Positions 26,252 through 37,519 are shown, numbered from the stretch's first letter. The stretch: 43,089 bases of DNA from Deltaproteobacteria bacterium (GCA_013151235.1 JAADIO010000031.1:1-43089); one strand, 5' to 3'. Notes: generated by a model from the sequence alone, not told the origin. Translations and numbers: made by a program.

Positions 26252-27778
26252 TCAGGCCTCGACCTTTTCGGCTGTGTCTTCTTTTTCGGCGGCGGGGATC
26301 TTTTCTTCGATGACCTCTTTGCCGTCAAAACCGATCCGCGTCGCTTCATCGTTCACGACGGTTTCGATAAAGACCGGGCGCCGCCAGATGGTCTGGATGT
26401 TCTTGAGGGTATCCCGGGCGTAATCCTGCTTGAGACCGATTCCTTCGTACTGGTGTTTGAGGAGCAATTCACCCCGGTTCCTGTAGTTCCCGTCGATAAC
26501 CGTGATGAGGGGCTGTCCGAAGTTGGTCAGTCCGAAAAGGAGTTGGGCCTTGATCTTCCGATAGTCCCGATCGGCAATCTCATACATTCCCGTTTGACGA
26601 TTGAACTTGTAGGTGAAAAGCTTGTGCTTGTCGCAGAATTCCTGGGTCAGGAAGGTATCAATAAAGGTAATGTCGTTATGGATCTTCCGGACTTCGAAGA
26701 TCTTTTCCCTGCCGAGTCCGAGTTGCTTATCCCAGGCCTTTTTCTCGGCGACATTTTCACATTCTTCGAATTCCTTCCCGAACCGTCCCCTGTTCCAGCG
26801 GTCTTCGATATCCCGGAAGAGTTCGATCCCCACCTTGTACGGGTTGATTACGCCGGGCCGGGTCCCCATCGTCCCGGAATGATGGTCGGCGTAGTCGATC
26901 AGTTCGGAGTCCTGAAGGATCTTCTGCGTCATGATCGTCGAGTGCCAGTAGCTGGCCCACCCTTCGTTCATGATCTTGGTCTGCCCCTGGGGCGCGAAGT
27001 AGTAACTCTCTTCCCGAATGATCGAGAGGATATCCCGCTCCCAGTTCTCCAGGGGTGAATATTCGATCAGAAATTGCAGGACATCTTTCTGCGGCGATTC
27101 GGGGAAGGCCTTCTTTCTCTCCATCGACTCCCGGGCCTTCTCCAACTGCGCTTCGATATATTCCCGGGGATTGATGAAATCGTTCATGTACTCTTTGCTT
27201 TTAAACTTTCGGGTGCTGGGAGCTTGATTCTCTTCTTCGTCAAGCGTACGGCCGGTCGGCTTTTTCCTGCGCTGAACAAAAGGAGCATGATAGTCGATCA
27301 GGTGTTCCAGTGAGAGGCAGGCGTCAAGAAAGGTTTCCACCTTCTCCATTCCGTACTTCTCCATGTGGCGCCGGACCCGGACCCCGTGATTTGCCATTTC
27401 ATCGAGCATCTTTCGGTTCGTTTTTGAAAACCAGTCGTTATTCTTGAAAAAATCGACGTGACCGTAAACATGGGCCATGACGATCTTCTGGTCCACCAGG
27501 TTATTGACGTTCAGCAGATAGGCATGGGCGGGATCATTGTTGATGACCATTTCATAGATCTTCTGCAGTCCGTAGGCATAACCCTTGCTCAGCCGGTCGT
27601 ATTCCATTCCGAACCGCCAGTGGGGATAGCGGGTCGGGAACCCGCCGTAGGCCGCGACCTGGTTGATGCCCGCAAAATCAAGCAAGTGGAAGAATACCTC
27701 GTAAAAATCAAGACCGTACCCCAGGGCAACGTCCCGGATCCGCATCTTGATTTCGGCCATTTCCGGTGGAAGCAGCAT
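26252..27778 (-). CDS. SpoVR/YcgB family protein
   Basis: [25 protein letters not shown] and [13 protein letters not shown] motifs. Confidence 0.92.
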   Translation of the reverse strand: MLLPPEMAEIKMRIRDVALGYGLDFYEVFFHLLDFAGINQVAAYGGFPTRYPHWRFGMEYDRLSKGYAYGLQKIYEMVINNDPAHAYLLNVNNLVDQKIVMAHVYGHVDFFKNNDWFSKTNRKMLDEMANHGVRVRRHMEKYGMEKVETFLDACLSLEHLIDYHAPFVQRRKKPTGRTLDEEENQAPSTRKFKSKEYMNDFINPREYIEAQLEKARESMERKKAFPESPQKDVLQFLIEYSPLENWERDILSIIREESYYFAPQGQTKIMNEGWASYWHSTIMTQKILQDSELIDYADHHSGTMGTRPGVINPYKVGIELFRDIEDRWNRGRFGKEFEECENVAEKKAWDKQLGLGREKIFEVRKIHNDITFIDTFLTQEFCDKHKLFTYKFNRQTGMYEIADRDYRKIKAQLLFGLTNFGQPLITVIDGNYRNRGELLLKHQYEGIGLKQDYARDTLKNIQTIWRRPVFIETVVNDEATRIGFDGKEVIEEKIPAAEKEDTAEKVEA

Positions 27779-28884
27779 CAGCGCCCCTTTCCCAGGAAGT
27801 CCTTGATCGATTGCAGAATGTCATCCCGGCTGTTGATTTCGGAGGCGACCATCTTCTCCTCGTCGGAGAGGTGCTGCCGCAGGTCCTTGATGAACTGTCC
27901 ACTGCCGTAATGGCTCTTGACCTGGCCGTAGGAGAACTGGTTGCTCACGGGAAGGAGTTCATCTTTCAGAAGCTTCAGGCACCGCGCCGTGTCGCCCCCG
28001 CTCCAGTTGTCGCCGTCGGAAAAATGGAAGGGGTAGATATTCCACTCATCCGGGTTGTATTCCTGTTTCAGGATCTTCCGGCAGAGTTCGTAGGCCGAGG
28101 AGATCACCGTCCCGCCGCTTTCCTTTGTCCGGTAAAAGGTCTCCGAATCGACCTCCCGGGCGGTGGCGTCGTGAACGATGTAACGGATCTGCAATCCTTC
28201 GTACTGCGAGTGAAGCCAGGTCTCGATCCAGAAACTTTCGATCCGGACCAGTTCCTTCTGCTCCTCCCCCATGGAGCCGGAGACATCCATCATGTAGAGG
28301 ATGACGGCAGAGCTTTCCGGTTTCACCTGTTCTTTCCAGGATCGGTACCGCCTGTCTTCCCGGATGGGGATGAGGATCGGGCGGTCGGGATTGTAGGTTC
28401 CGGAGATAATCTGCCGTTTCAGGGCTTCTCGATAGGTCCGTTTGAAGTGGCGGAGCGATTCCGGCCCCACCCGGCGGATGCCGGTGTAGCGACCTTTGCG
28501 GGAAATGATGTTCTTCCTGCCCTTCGGTTCGATCCGGGGCAGTTCCAGCTCTTCCCCCAGGATCTCCGCTAATTCTTCGATGCTGATTTCCGCTTCGAGG
28601 AGGTGTTCACCCGGCTGGTCCCCGGCCTGTCCCGTCCCCTCTCCCGGATCCCCCTGCCCGATCGGCGTGCCCGGCTCTCCCTCCCCCTGCCCGACACCGC
28701 CGACCTCTTCGTGACCGTACTTGAAATGGGGAAGATCGATCTGGGGCACGGGGATGCTCACAAGGTCCTTCCCCTTCCGCCCGATCATCTCGGAATGGCT
28801 GATATACTTTTTGAGATTTTTCCGGATCGTCCCCTTCACGATCTGACGGAAACGGCTGTAATCCTTTTCAATCCTCGCGGCCAT
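27778..28884 (-). CDS. YeaH/YhbH (DUF444) vWA-domain protein
   Basis: Gly-rich [14 protein letters not shown] (MIDAS DxSxS), ESGGT.ISS and FSDGDNW motifs. Confidence 0.92.
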   Translation of the reverse strand: MAARIEKDYSRFRQIVKGTIRKNLKKYISHSEMIGRKGKDLVSIPVPQIDLPHFKYGHEEVGGVGQGEGEPGTPIGQGDPGEGTGQAGDQPGEHLLEAEISIEELAEILGEELELPRIEPKGRKNIISRKGRYTGIRRVGPESLRHFKRTYREALKRQIISGTYNPDRPILIPIREDRRYRSWKEQVKPESSAVILYMMDVSGSMGEEQKELVRIESFWIETWLHSQYEGLQIRYIVHDATAREVDSETFYRTKESGGTVISSAYELCRKILKQEYNPDEWNIYPFHFSDGDNWSGGDTARCLKLLKDELLPVSNQFSYGQVKSHYGSGQFIKDLRQHLSDEEKMVASEINSRDDILQSIKDFLGKGR

Positions 28885-28926
28885 GGGTATCCCTCTTCCA
28901 TCTCAGAAGTGATCCCGGCAATGGCG

Positions 28927-30993
28927 TTAACTCTTCACATCGCCCCGGGCAAAGATACTCGCCACAAAATGCAGGACATCGCCGGCGCAGATATCGCAGT
29001 AACCGTAGTTCCGGATCAGGCGGCTTTTGACCACATCGATCTTCTCCTGCGTCTTGTCGTCCACCACCGCCGAGGAGACGAGACTGGTCAGCTTGATGCT
29101 GTCCTTCTGATCCTCAAAGAGCTTCAGTTCCAGCGCCTTCTGAAGCCGTTCGTTGGTTTTGTAGTCGAACTTCTTCCCATCCACGGCGAGGGCGCCGATG
29201 TAATTCATGATCTCACTTCGGAAGTCATCTTTGCGGCTGTCCGGGATATCGATCTTCTCTTCGATGGAGCGCATCATCCGCTCATCCGGTTCCTCATCTT
29301 CACCGGTATATTTGTTCCGGACCTTTTCCTTCTGGGTATAGGCCTTGACGTTATCAATGTAGTTCGCACAGAGCTTGGCGATCGACTCCTCGTCGGCCGA
29401 GATGGCCCGCTGCACATCGTTCTTGACGACATTCTCATATTCCTCCCGGACCACGGCGAGGAGTTCCTTGTACCGTTTCCGCATCTCATCCGAACTGATC
29501 AGGGAATGATGGGCCACCCCTCCCTCCAGTTCTTTCAGCACCATGAAGGGATTGATGCACCCTTCATGTTTGTCGCTCACAAGGGCATTGGAGATCTTGT
29601 CCTGAATATAACGGGGGGAGATCCCTTCCATCCCTTCCTTCTTCCCTTCCCGGCGAAGTTCGAGAACGTTGTCCTCGGTGAAACCGGGGAGCGACTGCCC
29701 GTTGTAGAGTTTCAGTTTCTGCATCAGGGTGAGCTGCGCCTTTTTCGGTTCCTCGAGGCGGGTCAGGATCGCCCACATGGCCGCCGTCTGGATCGTATGG
29801 GGAGCGATATGGATATGGGGGATCTTTTCGGAATTGAAATCCTTTTCGTAGATCTTGATCTCGTCGTCGAGCCGGGTAATGTAGGGAATGTCGATCTTGA
29901 CCGTCCGGTCCCGGAGGGCCTCCATGAACTCATTGTTCTGGAGTTTGCGGTATTCCGGCGCGTTCGTATGACCGATAATCACCTCGTCGATATCGGTCTG
30001 GGGAAACTTCTTCGGTTTGATCTTGTGTTCCTGCGACGCCCCCAACAGGTCATAGAGAAATGCGACATCAAGTTTGAGGACTTCAATAAACTCGACCAGT
30101 CCCCGGTTGGCCACGTTGAACTCCCCGTCGAAATTGAAGGCACGGGGATCCGAATCGGAACCGTACTCGGCAATCTTCCGGTAATTGATATCTCCAGTCA
30201 ACTCCGTAGAATCCTGATTCTTCTCATCCTTGGGCTGAAAAGTTCCGATCCCGACCCGGTCCTTTTCGGAAAGAATGACCCGACGGACCCGTATGTGGTT
30301 CAACACCTGTGTCCAGTCGCCCCGGTAGCGGGAGATCAGTTCCTTGTACATCTGACGGCAGCAGGGACACAGTTCTCCTTCAATATGAACCCGCTCTTCC
30401 GGAGGCCGCCCTGCATTAAGTTCTTCGAGAACCTTCGCCCGCCAGTCCAGGGGAATCAGGTGGAGCGGCTCCTCATGCATGGGACAGATCATCTCGTCGC
30501 TGAGACGATTATGGCTGTCCCCTCCGTCTTTCCCGGCAGAGGTCCAGGCAATCGTGTACAAGGCCCCCGCATCGGTCCGGGAATAAACCTCCAGCCCCCG
30601 CTTCATCAGGCGGACGATGGTGCTTTTCGCACACCCGACCGGCCCATGGAGCAGCAAGACCCGTTTTTCCGTCCCATACCGACGGGCGGCGGACTTAAAG
30701 ACATTCACCATCCGCATCAAGGGCCGTTCCAGACCGAAGACAGCGTCCCGCCCATCGGCCGTAGGATCATCAAAAAACTTGTACCGGACAAGATGTTGTT
30801 TGTTGTCCTCGAACGCCTCCGTACCGTAACTGAGGATCATATCATAGATCCTCTCGAAAGCGCTTCGAGTCACCCTGGGATCTTCCTTTACAATATTGAG
30901 GTAGTCTTCGAATGAACCTTGCCAGTGGAGAGTCTGGAAATTGTCCGTGTTCTGGAGTTCCTGGATATGGTGGATGATACTGTTTTCGCTCAT
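28927..30993 (-). CDS. prkA: PrkA/YeaG family AAA+ serine protein kinase
   Basis: [12 protein letters not shown] Walker A variant, [23 protein letters not shown] and EALRDR motifs. Confidence 0.92.
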   Translation of the reverse strand: MSENSIIHHIQELQNTDNFQTLHWQGSFEDYLNIVKEDPRVTRSAFERIYDMILSYGTEAFEDNKQHLVRYKFFDDPTADGRDAVFGLERPLMRMVNVFKSAARRYGTEKRVLLLHGPVGCAKSTIVRLMKRGLEVYSRTDAGALYTIAWTSAGKDGGDSHNRLSDEMICPMHEEPLHLIPLDWRAKVLEELNAGRPPEERVHIEGELCPCCRQMYKELISRYRGDWTQVLNHIRVRRVILSEKDRVGIGTFQPKDEKNQDSTELTGDINYRKIAEYGSDSDPRAFNFDGEFNVANRGLVEFIEVLKLDVAFLYDLLGASQEHKIKPKKFPQTDIDEVIIGHTNAPEYRKLQNNEFMEALRDRTVKIDIPYITRLDDEIKIYEKDFNSEKIPHIHIAPHTIQTAAMWAILTRLEEPKKAQLTLMQKLKLYNGQSLPGFTEDNVLELRREGKKEGMEGISPRYIQDKISNALVSDKHEGCINPFMVLKELEGGVAHHSLISSDEMRKRYKELLAVVREEYENVVKNDVQRAISADEESIAKLCANYIDNVKAYTQKEKVRNKYTGEDEEPDERMMRSIEEKIDIPDSRKDDFRSEIMNYIGALAVDGKKFDYKTNERLQKALELKLFEDQKDSIKLTSLVSSAVVDDKTQEKIDVVKSRLIRNYGYCDICAGDVLHFVASIFARGDVKS

Positions 30994-31067
30994 GATCACT
31001 CCTCCCCTGATGGGTCCTCTTCAGTTGCAGAGTCAAGATCAGAACTGTATTGTATTTGAACATCTTC

Positions 31068-31096
31068 AATGTATCATACGAAACATTCAAAGTCAA
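31068..31096 (-). promoter_or_regulatory. Putative promoter of the prkA operon
   Basis: TTGACT-17 bp-TACATT with extended -10 TG. Confidence 0.55.
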
Positions 31097-31251
31097 TTTA
31101 ACCATCAGGAAATATTGACGTTTTTGCATATCCGGAAAGACCTTTTCCCTTGATTTTTAATCAGAGTGCCGTTATCTTGGTTTCTTCTTACTACCGCAGG
31201 AGATACGGACCGGAAAAGATCGACAGAAAAGGGAAAAGAGGAAACGGAAGA

Positions 31252-31890
31252 ATGATTTTAAAAAGCCTGGTCGTCGGTCCCCTCGAAGTCAACTGTTACA
31301 TCCTCGCTCCGGAATCCGGGACAAAGGCCGTTGTCATTGACCCCGGCGATGAGGGAGAGAAGATCCTCAACGTCTTGAAAAACGAACGGTTGACCCTGGC
31401 CGCCATTCTGAACACCCACGGTCATTTTGATCATATCGGCGCCAACCGGTTGCTGAAAGAAAAAACAGGCGCCCCCATTATGATCCATGAAAAAGATGCC
31501 CCCCTGCTGCCGGCCGCCGGGGAACATGCCCGGCTCTTCGGAATGGAGGGAATCCCCTCCCCTGGGGCGGACCGTTTCGTCATGGACGGGGAAGTCCTGA
31601 CGATCGGGGAAATGACCTTTGAGGTCTATCACACGCCGGGCCATTCCGAAGGAGGCGTCTGTTACCGAAGCGGCGATCTTCTCTTCACCGGGGACACCCT
31701 TTTTGCGGATTCCATCGGGCGGAGCGATCTGCCCGGCGGCTCCTTTCGGGACCTCATGGTCTCCATCCAGAACCGGATCCTGCCGCTCGGTGACGGAATC
31801 GCCATCCACCCCGGGCATGGGCCGGCATCGACCATCGGTCGGGAAAAACGGACCAATCCCTTCCTGACGGACTTCAAACATCCCTATTGA
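31252..31890 (+). CDS. MBL-fold metallo-hydrolase (glyoxalase II/YcbL-like)
   Basis: THGHFDHIG, HTPGHS, GDTLF and HPGHG motifs. Confidence 0.9.
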   Translation: MILKSLVVGPLEVNCYILAPESGTKAVVIDPGDEGEKILNVLKNERLTLAAILNTHGHFDHIGANRLLKEKTGAPIMIHEKDAPLLPAAGEHARLFGMEGIPSPGADRFVMDGEVLTIGEMTFEVYHTPGHSEGGVCYRSGDLLFTGDTLFADSIGRSDLPGGSFRDLMVSIQNRILPLGDGIAIHPGHGPASTIGREKRTNPFLTDFKHPY

Positions 31891-31924
31891 TAGAAAAAAC
31901 GTTTCAATTTGCGTCAAATTTTTC

Positions 31925-31953
31925 TTGACATCAGCCCCTAACTTCTTTATAAA
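31925..31953 (+). promoter_or_regulatory. Promoter of rplM-rpsI
   Basis: TTGACA-17 bp-TATAAA. Confidence 0.6.
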
Positions 31954-31989
31954 TATGAAGTTCTGTAAAAATACTCGAAGGAGCATTGG

Positions 31990-32424
31990 ATGAAAACCTT
32001 TATGGCAAAAAAAGAAGACACGGAACGCGGCTGGTATGTCATTGATGCCGAAGGCGCTACGCTGGGACGCCTTGCAGCAAAGATCGCCGTCCTGCTGACC
32101 GGGAAAAACAAACCGACCTATACGCCGCATGTCGATACGGGGTCTTTCGTGATCATCGTCAATGCGGAAAAGGTCCGGCTGACGGGACGAAAATTAGATC
32201 AAAAAAACTACTATCATTACAGCGGCTATCAGGGAGGTCTGAAACAGATCACGGCAGGGAAGCTTCTGGAAAAACATCCCGACCGTCTGATTCGTTTTGC
32301 CGTACGGGGGATGCTGCCGAAGAACCGCCTGGGTCGGGCCATGCTGAAAAAACTGAAAATCTATGCCGGACCGGAACACAAACACACCGCGCAGAAACCG
32401 GAATCATATTCGGTGACATCATAA
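31990..32424 (+). CDS. rplM: 50S ribosomal protein L13
   Basis: [22 protein letters not shown] and GMLPKNRLG motifs. Confidence 0.97.
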   Translation: MKTFMAKKEDTERGWYVIDAEGATLGRLAAKIAVLLTGKNKPTYTPHVDTGSFVIIVNAEKVRLTGRKLDQKNYYHYSGYQGGLKQITAGKLLEKHPDRLIRFAVRGMLPKNRLGRAMLKKLKIYAGPEHKHTAQKPESYSVTS

Positions 32425-32443
32425 ACGAGGGAGGCCAAGCAGA

Positions 32444-32839
32444 ATGAATCAGGAGCGTATCTACGCCACGGGAAAAAGAAAGAATGCCGCCGCGAGGGTC
32501 TATCTTTCGGAAGGTACGGGGCGGATGATCATCAATCGTAAAGAAATGAAGGAATACCTCGGAGGGCGTGAGACGCTCCACATGATGGTCCAGCAGCCCT
32601 TTGAATTGACCGAGACCGTCGGTAAATTTGATGTACTGGTCAATGTAACCGGCGGGGGAATTTCCGGACAGGCCGGCGCCATCCGTCACGGGATTTCCCG
32701 GGCACTTTCTCTTCAGGACGGTTCCAACCGGGCCGTGCTGAAAAAAGCCGGACTGATCTCCCGGGATCCGCGGAAGAAAGAACGGAAAAAACCGGGACAG
32801 CCGAAAGCAAGGAAAAAGTTCCAGTTCTCGAAACGTTAA
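32444..32839 (+). CDS. rpsI: 30S ribosomal protein S9
   Basis: [20 protein letters not shown] and C-terminal QFSKR. Confidence 0.97.
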   Translation: MNQERIYATGKRKNAAARVYLSEGTGRMIINRKEMKEYLGGRETLHMMVQQPFELTETVGKFDVLVNVTGGGISGQAGAIRHGISRALSLQDGSNRAVLKKAGLISRDPRKKERKKPGQPKARKKFQFSKR

Positions 32840-32842
32840 AAC

Positions 32843-32870
32843 AAAAAAAGGCCTTCGGGCCTTTTTTTTT
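32843..32870 (+). terminator. Rho-independent terminator (cUUCGg loop, potentially bidirectional)
   Basis: AAAAAAAGGCC-TTCG-GGCCTTTTTTTTT. Confidence 0.8.
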
Positions 32871-32882
32871 GAGGTCTTCGCC

Positions 32883-33923
32883 ATGATCAAGATCGCCATT
32901 GCCGGCGCCACGGGATATACGGGATCGGAACTCCTCCGGATCCTCCATCATCATCCGGAAGCCTCGGTTATCAGGATCACATCGGAACGGAGCGCCGGCT
33001 GCCATATCACGGAAATTTTTCCACAATTTCAGGATCTCTACGACCTGACTTTTGAGTCACTGCAGGAAGACACCTTTTTACAGGACGTCGATCTTCTCTT
33101 TACGGCACTCCCCCATGGAGAATCGATGAAGGTCATGCAGCGGATCACGAACAATTCCGTCCGGATCATCGATCTCAGCGCAGACTTCCGGCTCCATGAC
33201 CGGAATCTTTATCCCCAGTGGTATCATTATGAACATACCGCCCCGGATCTTCCGGACCGGTGGATCTACGGATTGCCGGAACTGCACCGGGAGCGGATCG
33301 TGAACGCAAAACGGATCGCGAATCCCGGCTGTTACCCGACCGGCGCCATTCTGGGAATCACTCCCCTGATCCGGGAGGAGAAGGTTAATCTTCAGGGAAT
33401 GATCTTTGATGCCAAGTCCGGCGTCACCGGTGCAGGAAAATCCCCGAAGGCCCATCTCCACTTTCCCGAAGTCAACGAATCGCTCACGGCCTACCGGATC
33501 GGGGAACACCAGCACACACCGGAGATCGAGCAGGAAATTTCTCTGTCGGCAGGGGAAAAGGTTACCATCAACTTCACACCGCACCTGATCCCGATGAACC
33601 GGGGAGTCTACAACACCATCTATGCAACCCTCTTAGAACAGGTTTCCACCCGGGATCTGTTAGGGATCTATCAGAACTTCTATCAAGGAGAACCCTTCGT
33701 CAGGGTCCTCCCTGAAGGAGTTCTTCCGAACACAAAACAGGTGCGGGGTACCAACTTCTGCGATATCGGCCTGAAGGCCGATCCGCGGACCGGCAGGGTG
33801 ATTATCACATCGGCCATCGACAACCTCGTCAAGGGAGCCGCCGGTCAGGCCGTACAGAACATGAATCTCATGATGGGATTTGAAGAAACGGCCGGTCTGC
33901 AGTTTCCAGCGCTGAGCCCATAG
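32883..33923 (+). CDS. argC: N-acetyl-gamma-glutamyl-phosphate reductase
   Basis: GATGYTG, ANPGCYPT and IDNLVKGAAGQA motifs. Confidence 0.96.
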   Translation: MIKIAIAGATGYTGSELLRILHHHPEASVIRITSERSAGCHITEIFPQFQDLYDLTFESLQEDTFLQDVDLLFTALPHGESMKVMQRITNNSVRIIDLSADFRLHDRNLYPQWYHYEHTAPDLPDRWIYGLPELHRERIVNAKRIANPGCYPTGAILGITPLIREEKVNLQGMIFDAKSGVTGAGKSPKAHLHFPEVNESLTAYRIGEHQHTPEIEQEISLSAGEKVTINFTPHLIPMNRGVYNTIYATLLEQVSTRDLLGIYQNFYQGEPFVRVLPEGVLPNTKQVRGTNFCDIGLKADPRTGRVIITSAIDNLVKGAAGQAVQNMNLMMGFEETAGLQFPALSP

Positions 33924-33932
33924 GACATTCCA

Positions 33933-35147
33933 ATGACTGCGACAATCCGGTCCATCACGGGCGGTGTCACTGCGCCTGCGGGATTCCAGGCTGCAGGTCT
34001 TGCCTGCGGAATCAAGAAAGACAACACCCCGGACCTGGCTCTCCTCTTCTCCGACCGGGACGCCGCCGCCGCAGGCGTCTTCACCCGGAACCGGGTCGTT
34101 GCAGCACCCGTCGTCTGGACACGAAAAATCCTCCGAAAGGAAAAACTTCGGGCGGTCATCGTCAACAGCGGGAATGCCAATGCCTGCACAGGCCGACGCG
34201 GGAAGGACGACACAACGGCCATGGCGGCGGAGACGGCACGCTGTTTCAACCTCTGCGCGCAGGATATCGCCGTCGCTTCAACCGGCGTAATCGGGCAGCC
34301 CCTGCCGATGGAAAAGATCCTTCCTGCAATCCCGCTCGTGGCAGCAAAACTTTCCGGGCGGGGAAACGCACAAGCCGCCCGGGCCATCCTGACGACCGAT
34401 ACCTTCCCCAAATCGAAGGCGGTTGAAATCCGGGAAAAGACCGGCCGCTTCAGGATCGGGGGGATTGCCAAAGGTTCCGGAATGATTCACCCCGACATGG
34501 CCACCATGCTCGCATTTTTTACAACCGACGCAGCGATTGCTCCCGCCCTGCTGAAGAAGGCGCTCCGTACTGCGGTGGACCGATCCTTTCACCGGATCAC
34601 CGTCGATGGGGACACGAGCACCAACGACACGGTTCTGATCCTGGCAAACGGCGCATCCGGAATCCGGATTGAGGAAGGAGAACTAATCTCCTCCGGTTTT
34701 CAGAAAGCACTGAACGGGATCTGTCTCGAACTGGCACAGGAGATCGTCAAAGACGGGGAAGGCGCAACAAAGTTCATCACCCTTCGGGTGATCCACGGAA
34801 GAAAAACGCAGGAGTGCCTGAAAATAGCCAAGGCCATCGCCACCTCCAGCCTTGTCAAGACGGCCCTGTTCGGGGAAGATGCCAACTGGGGCAGGATCTT
34901 GTCGTCCGCCGGGACGGCCGGCGTTCCTTTTCGACCGGAATCGGTCGACATCTATTTCGGCGATATCCAGATCGTGAAAGGGGGCTGCCCTTCCGGGGCG
35001 GCAGAGGAAAAAGAAGCCGCACGGCTCCTCAAGAAAAGGAAGATTCAGATTACCGTCGACCTGAATCTCGGCACAGCCGAAACCGAGGTCTATACCTCGG
35101 ACCTGAGCTATGACTATGTCCGGATCAATGCCGAGTACCGCTCCTGA
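33933..35147 (+). CDS. argJ: Bifunctional ornithine acetyltransferase
   Basis: NSGNANA, KGSGMIHPDMATML, DGDTSTND and DGEGATK motifs. Confidence 0.96.
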   Translation: MTATIRSITGGVTAPAGFQAAGLACGIKKDNTPDLALLFSDRDAAAAGVFTRNRVVAAPVVWTRKILRKEKLRAVIVNSGNANACTGRRGKDDTTAMAAETARCFNLCAQDIAVASTGVIGQPLPMEKILPAIPLVAAKLSGRGNAQAARAILTTDTFPKSKAVEIREKTGRFRIGGIAKGSGMIHPDMATMLAFFTTDAAIAPALLKKALRTAVDRSFHRITVDGDTSTNDTVLILANGASGIRIEEGELISSGFQKALNGICLELAQEIVKDGEGATKFITLRVIHGRKTQECLKIAKAIATSSLVKTALFGEDANWGRILSSAGTAGVPFRPESVDIYFGDIQIVKGGCPSGAAEEKEAARLLKKRKIQITVDLNLGTAETEVYTSDLSYDYVRINAEYRS

Positions 35148-35170
35148 AAGTCATTCTTTCCACAAACCGG

Positions 35171-35452
35171 CTACCGCGATCCACTCTTTCCCTTCTCCTC
35201 ATTGTAAAATCGTTGATACAGGATATCCCATTCGCTGCTCCCCTCCGGGATATCCCTTCGATAGGATGCAATTTTTTTCCGGACACGGTCATCGAGTTCA
35301 TCTTCTTTGCTCAGTTCGCCGAGAAAGACCGTTTTAATCTTCCGGCGCAGCGCCGGTTCCTCAAGCTCGGAGACAAAGAGGAACCCCTTGTTGAGAAGCT
35401 GATCGAGAATCAGATGCGAAAGATGGGAGATCCGTTCTTCACTTAACCGCAC
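35171..35452 (-). CDS. DUF507 family protein
   Basis: RLSEERISHLSH...I.EGS.EWDILY; GGAGG SD before GTG. Confidence 0.75.
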   Translation of the reverse strand: MRLSEERISHLSHLILDQLLNKGFLFVSELEEPALRRKIKTVFLGELSKEDELDDRVRKKIASYRRDIPEGSSEWDILYQRFYNEEKGKSGSR

Positions 35453-35511
35453 AAGAACCTCCAAAAGGGGTCAAGTCTGCTCTTGACTTTTCTTGCACCA
35501 CACCGGCCCTC

Positions 35512-35787
35512 TTACAGGATAAAACCCTTTTCCTTGACCAACTTTTTCTTGATCATCAGAAACATCCTGTGGGGGTCCACACTTCCCCGATCGATCTCCC
35601 GGGCATATTGATCCATGATTCGGTCACATTCGTCGTTAATCCGCCGTTCTTCCGCCATGTTGCGAGAGAGGACGGCAATGATCTCCTGAACGATTTCCTC
35701 CTTCGTCCGGTGAAGATCAACTTCTTCGCTATCAAAGGTATTGGTAATCCGCTCTGCAATCCGCTGTATCTGTCCGTCAGTCAGCAT
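35512..35787 (-). CDS. DUF507 family protein (paralogue)
   Basis: MLTDGQIQRIAERI...MF.MIKKKLVKEKGFIL. Confidence 0.75.
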   Translation of the reverse strand: MLTDGQIQRIAERITNTFDSEEVDLHRTKEEIVQEIIAVLSRNMAEERRINDECDRIMDQYAREIDRGSVDPHRMFLMIKKKLVKEKGFIL

Positions 35788-35821
35788 GGAACAGGTCCTT
35801 CTGAAAATAGCCGAAAACACT

Positions 35822-36289
35822 TTACGGATCTTCCCGGAGTGCCCTGATTAAACCCTGGAAACGATCTCCCCGGGAGCGAAACTCCAATTCACGCCCCTCT
35901 TCCGAAAACCGTCTCAGTTCCAACAGCAGATAAGGCTCCGGAAGCCATTCAAAAAAGCGGTCCGGCCACTCGATCACCGTAACGGCATCCTTTTCAAAGG
36001 CATCATAAAAACCGATATTCTCAAGGTCATCAGGATCTTCAAGCCGGTAGAGATCAATGTGGAACAACCGCAAAGGACCTTCAATCTCGCGAATCAGAGT
36101 ATAGGTCGGGCTGACCACATCTTCTTCATCAATCCCCATCCCCCGGGCAATCCCTTTCACCAGACAGGTCTTGCCGGCACCCAGATTGCCCTGCAGGGCC
36201 AGGATCTCCCCTCCGACAAGTCTTCTCCCGATCCGTTCTCCCCATGCCCGCGTCTGCTTTTCGGAATAAGACCGTATGCAATCCCGCAT
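35822..36289 (-). CDS. tsaE: t6A biosynthesis ATPase TsaE
   Basis: GNLGAGKT, VSPTYTL, HIDLYRL and IEW motifs. Confidence 0.95.
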   Translation of the reverse strand: MRDCIRSYSEKQTRAWGERIGRRLVGGEILALQGNLGAGKTCLVKGIARGMGIDEEDVVSPTYTLIREIEGPLRLFHIDLYRLEDPDDLENIGFYDAFEKDAVTVIEWPDRFFEWLPEPYLLLELRRFSEEGRELEFRSRGDRFQGLIRALREDP

Positions 36290-36291
36290 GG

Positions 36292-36741
36292 TTATTCAAT
36301 CATCGACCTGACCACATCGGCCTTCCCCACAATTCCAACCATCTCCCCCTCCCGAAGTACAGGAAGGAGATCCTTCCCCTGGTCTGCGATCAAGGTTGCG
36401 ATTTCCCGAAGGGTAGTCTCTTCCGAAATCGTCTCCACCTCGGAGACCATAATGTCTTCCACGGTCGAGGCAGCCAATTTCTTCAAGTCCTCTTTGAAGT
36501 GTTTCTCGCTTTCCAGGTAGATCACGGCATCAAAGAGGGTCACCACCGTAGGAAGATGCAGTTTTTTATCACGGGAAATCAGGTCCTTTTCCGTCACAAT
36601 CCCGCAGAGCGTTCCATCGGCCTCGACAACGGGAACACCGCTGATATTCTTCTTTATCAGAAGTCGCGCCAGATCTTTCACCGATGTCTGTTTCTCAACA
36701 GTGATGACCTCCCGGGTCATAATGTCTTTCGCCTGAAGCAT
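36292..36741 (-). CDS. CBS-pair domain protein
   Basis: AKDIMTREV...ISGVPVV...GIVTEKDL and a second CBS repeat VEDIM...LPV...GIV. Confidence 0.9.
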   Translation of the reverse strand: MLQAKDIMTREVITVEKQTSVKDLARLLIKKNISGVPVVEADGTLCGIVTEKDLISRDKKLHLPTVVTLFDAVIYLESEKHFKEDLKKLAASTVEDIMVSEVETISEETTLREIATLIADQGKDLLPVLREGEMVGIVGKADVVRSMIE

Positions 36742-36772
36742 CTTCTATATTCTCCGGAAAGTTCGAGCGTTA

Positions 36773-37519
36773 TTAAAATCGGAGTGTTGCCGAAACGGAG
36801 GGGCCTTCCAGCTTTACGTTGGCACGATCACCGTTATCGGAGATATCAAAATGAATCGCGCGATACCCGAGGGCAAACGACAGATTGTTAATCGGTCGGT
36901 AAGACAGCTCCACGTTCCCATCCCAGAAGCCGCTCCCCTTCCACCAGAGACCCGTCAACTGCCCCGTGAGTTCCACTTTGTTTTGCAGGAACCCGGCGCC
37001 GAGACGGATCCCCGGCATGGGCAGGACCAGGTTCGCCTTGTTATCCGTCGAAGTCATGGAAGATTTTAATTTGGCATAGATGGAATAATAGTTTACATTC
37101 AGGATAAAACCTGCCCGAAAACTCTCAGACTGCAACAGGTCGAAGGCATATCCGGCCCCCAGAGCATCAAGATCCAGCGTGGTGGATACCTTTGTCCCTA
37201 CGGAAAATGTTTCCCCATTAAACCGGACCTTGGTCTTCAGGTTCTGATTGTGGTTATCATACCCGACGGACCAGTAGGAAAGCAGAAAATGCTGGCTCCG
37301 GCCGAGTTTAAGATCAACCGTAATCCCGGGAATAGACTCATTATCCAAACCGAGTTCATTGACGAAATCGACTTTTTCCCCGACCGAACTTTTCTGAATC
37401 TTTGCTTCGGCATTGAGATCCGGCTTCCAGTACATCGGCTTAACAGAAATTTCCGCTGCTGCAGCCACAGAGACCATCCAGAAGATCACGCACCCTGTCA
37501 TCAATAGAATTCTTTTCAT
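36773..37519 (-). CDS. Outer-membrane beta-barrel protein (TIGR04219-like)
   Basis: Signal peptide, alternating aromatic beta strands, LGYR motif and C-terminal Phe (SATLRF); strong SD before ATG 37519. Confidence 0.7.
   Translation of the reverse strand: MKRILLMTGCVIFWMVSVAAAAEISVKPMYWKPDLNAEAKIQKSSVGEKVDFVNELGLDNESIPGITVDLKLGRSQHFLLSYWSVGYDNHNQNLKTKVRFNGETFSVGTKVSTTLDLDALGAGYAFDLLQSESFRAGFILNVNYYSIYAKLKSSMTSTDNKANLVLPMPGIRLGAGFLQNKVELTGQLTGLWWKGSGFWDGNVELSYRPINNLSFALGYRAIHFDISDNGDRANVKLEGPSVSATLRF

Noticed and set aside
28603-30915. 770-aa plus-strand ORF antisense to prkA (similarly 11493-13178, 16490-17731, 18722-19933, 9721-10770, 13214-14161, 26066-27058)
   Set aside because: Shadow frames of well-conserved genes in GC-rich, codon-biased DNA; no recognisable motifs.
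31000-31250. sigma54 promoter for the prkA operon, given nearby ntrBC
   Set aside because: No TGGCAC-N5-TTGC match; a sigma70-type promoter fits better.
35171-35787. Tandem DUF507 paralogues as a novel module
   Set aside because: To my knowledge this pair is a common conserved arrangement; nothing unusual is visible here.
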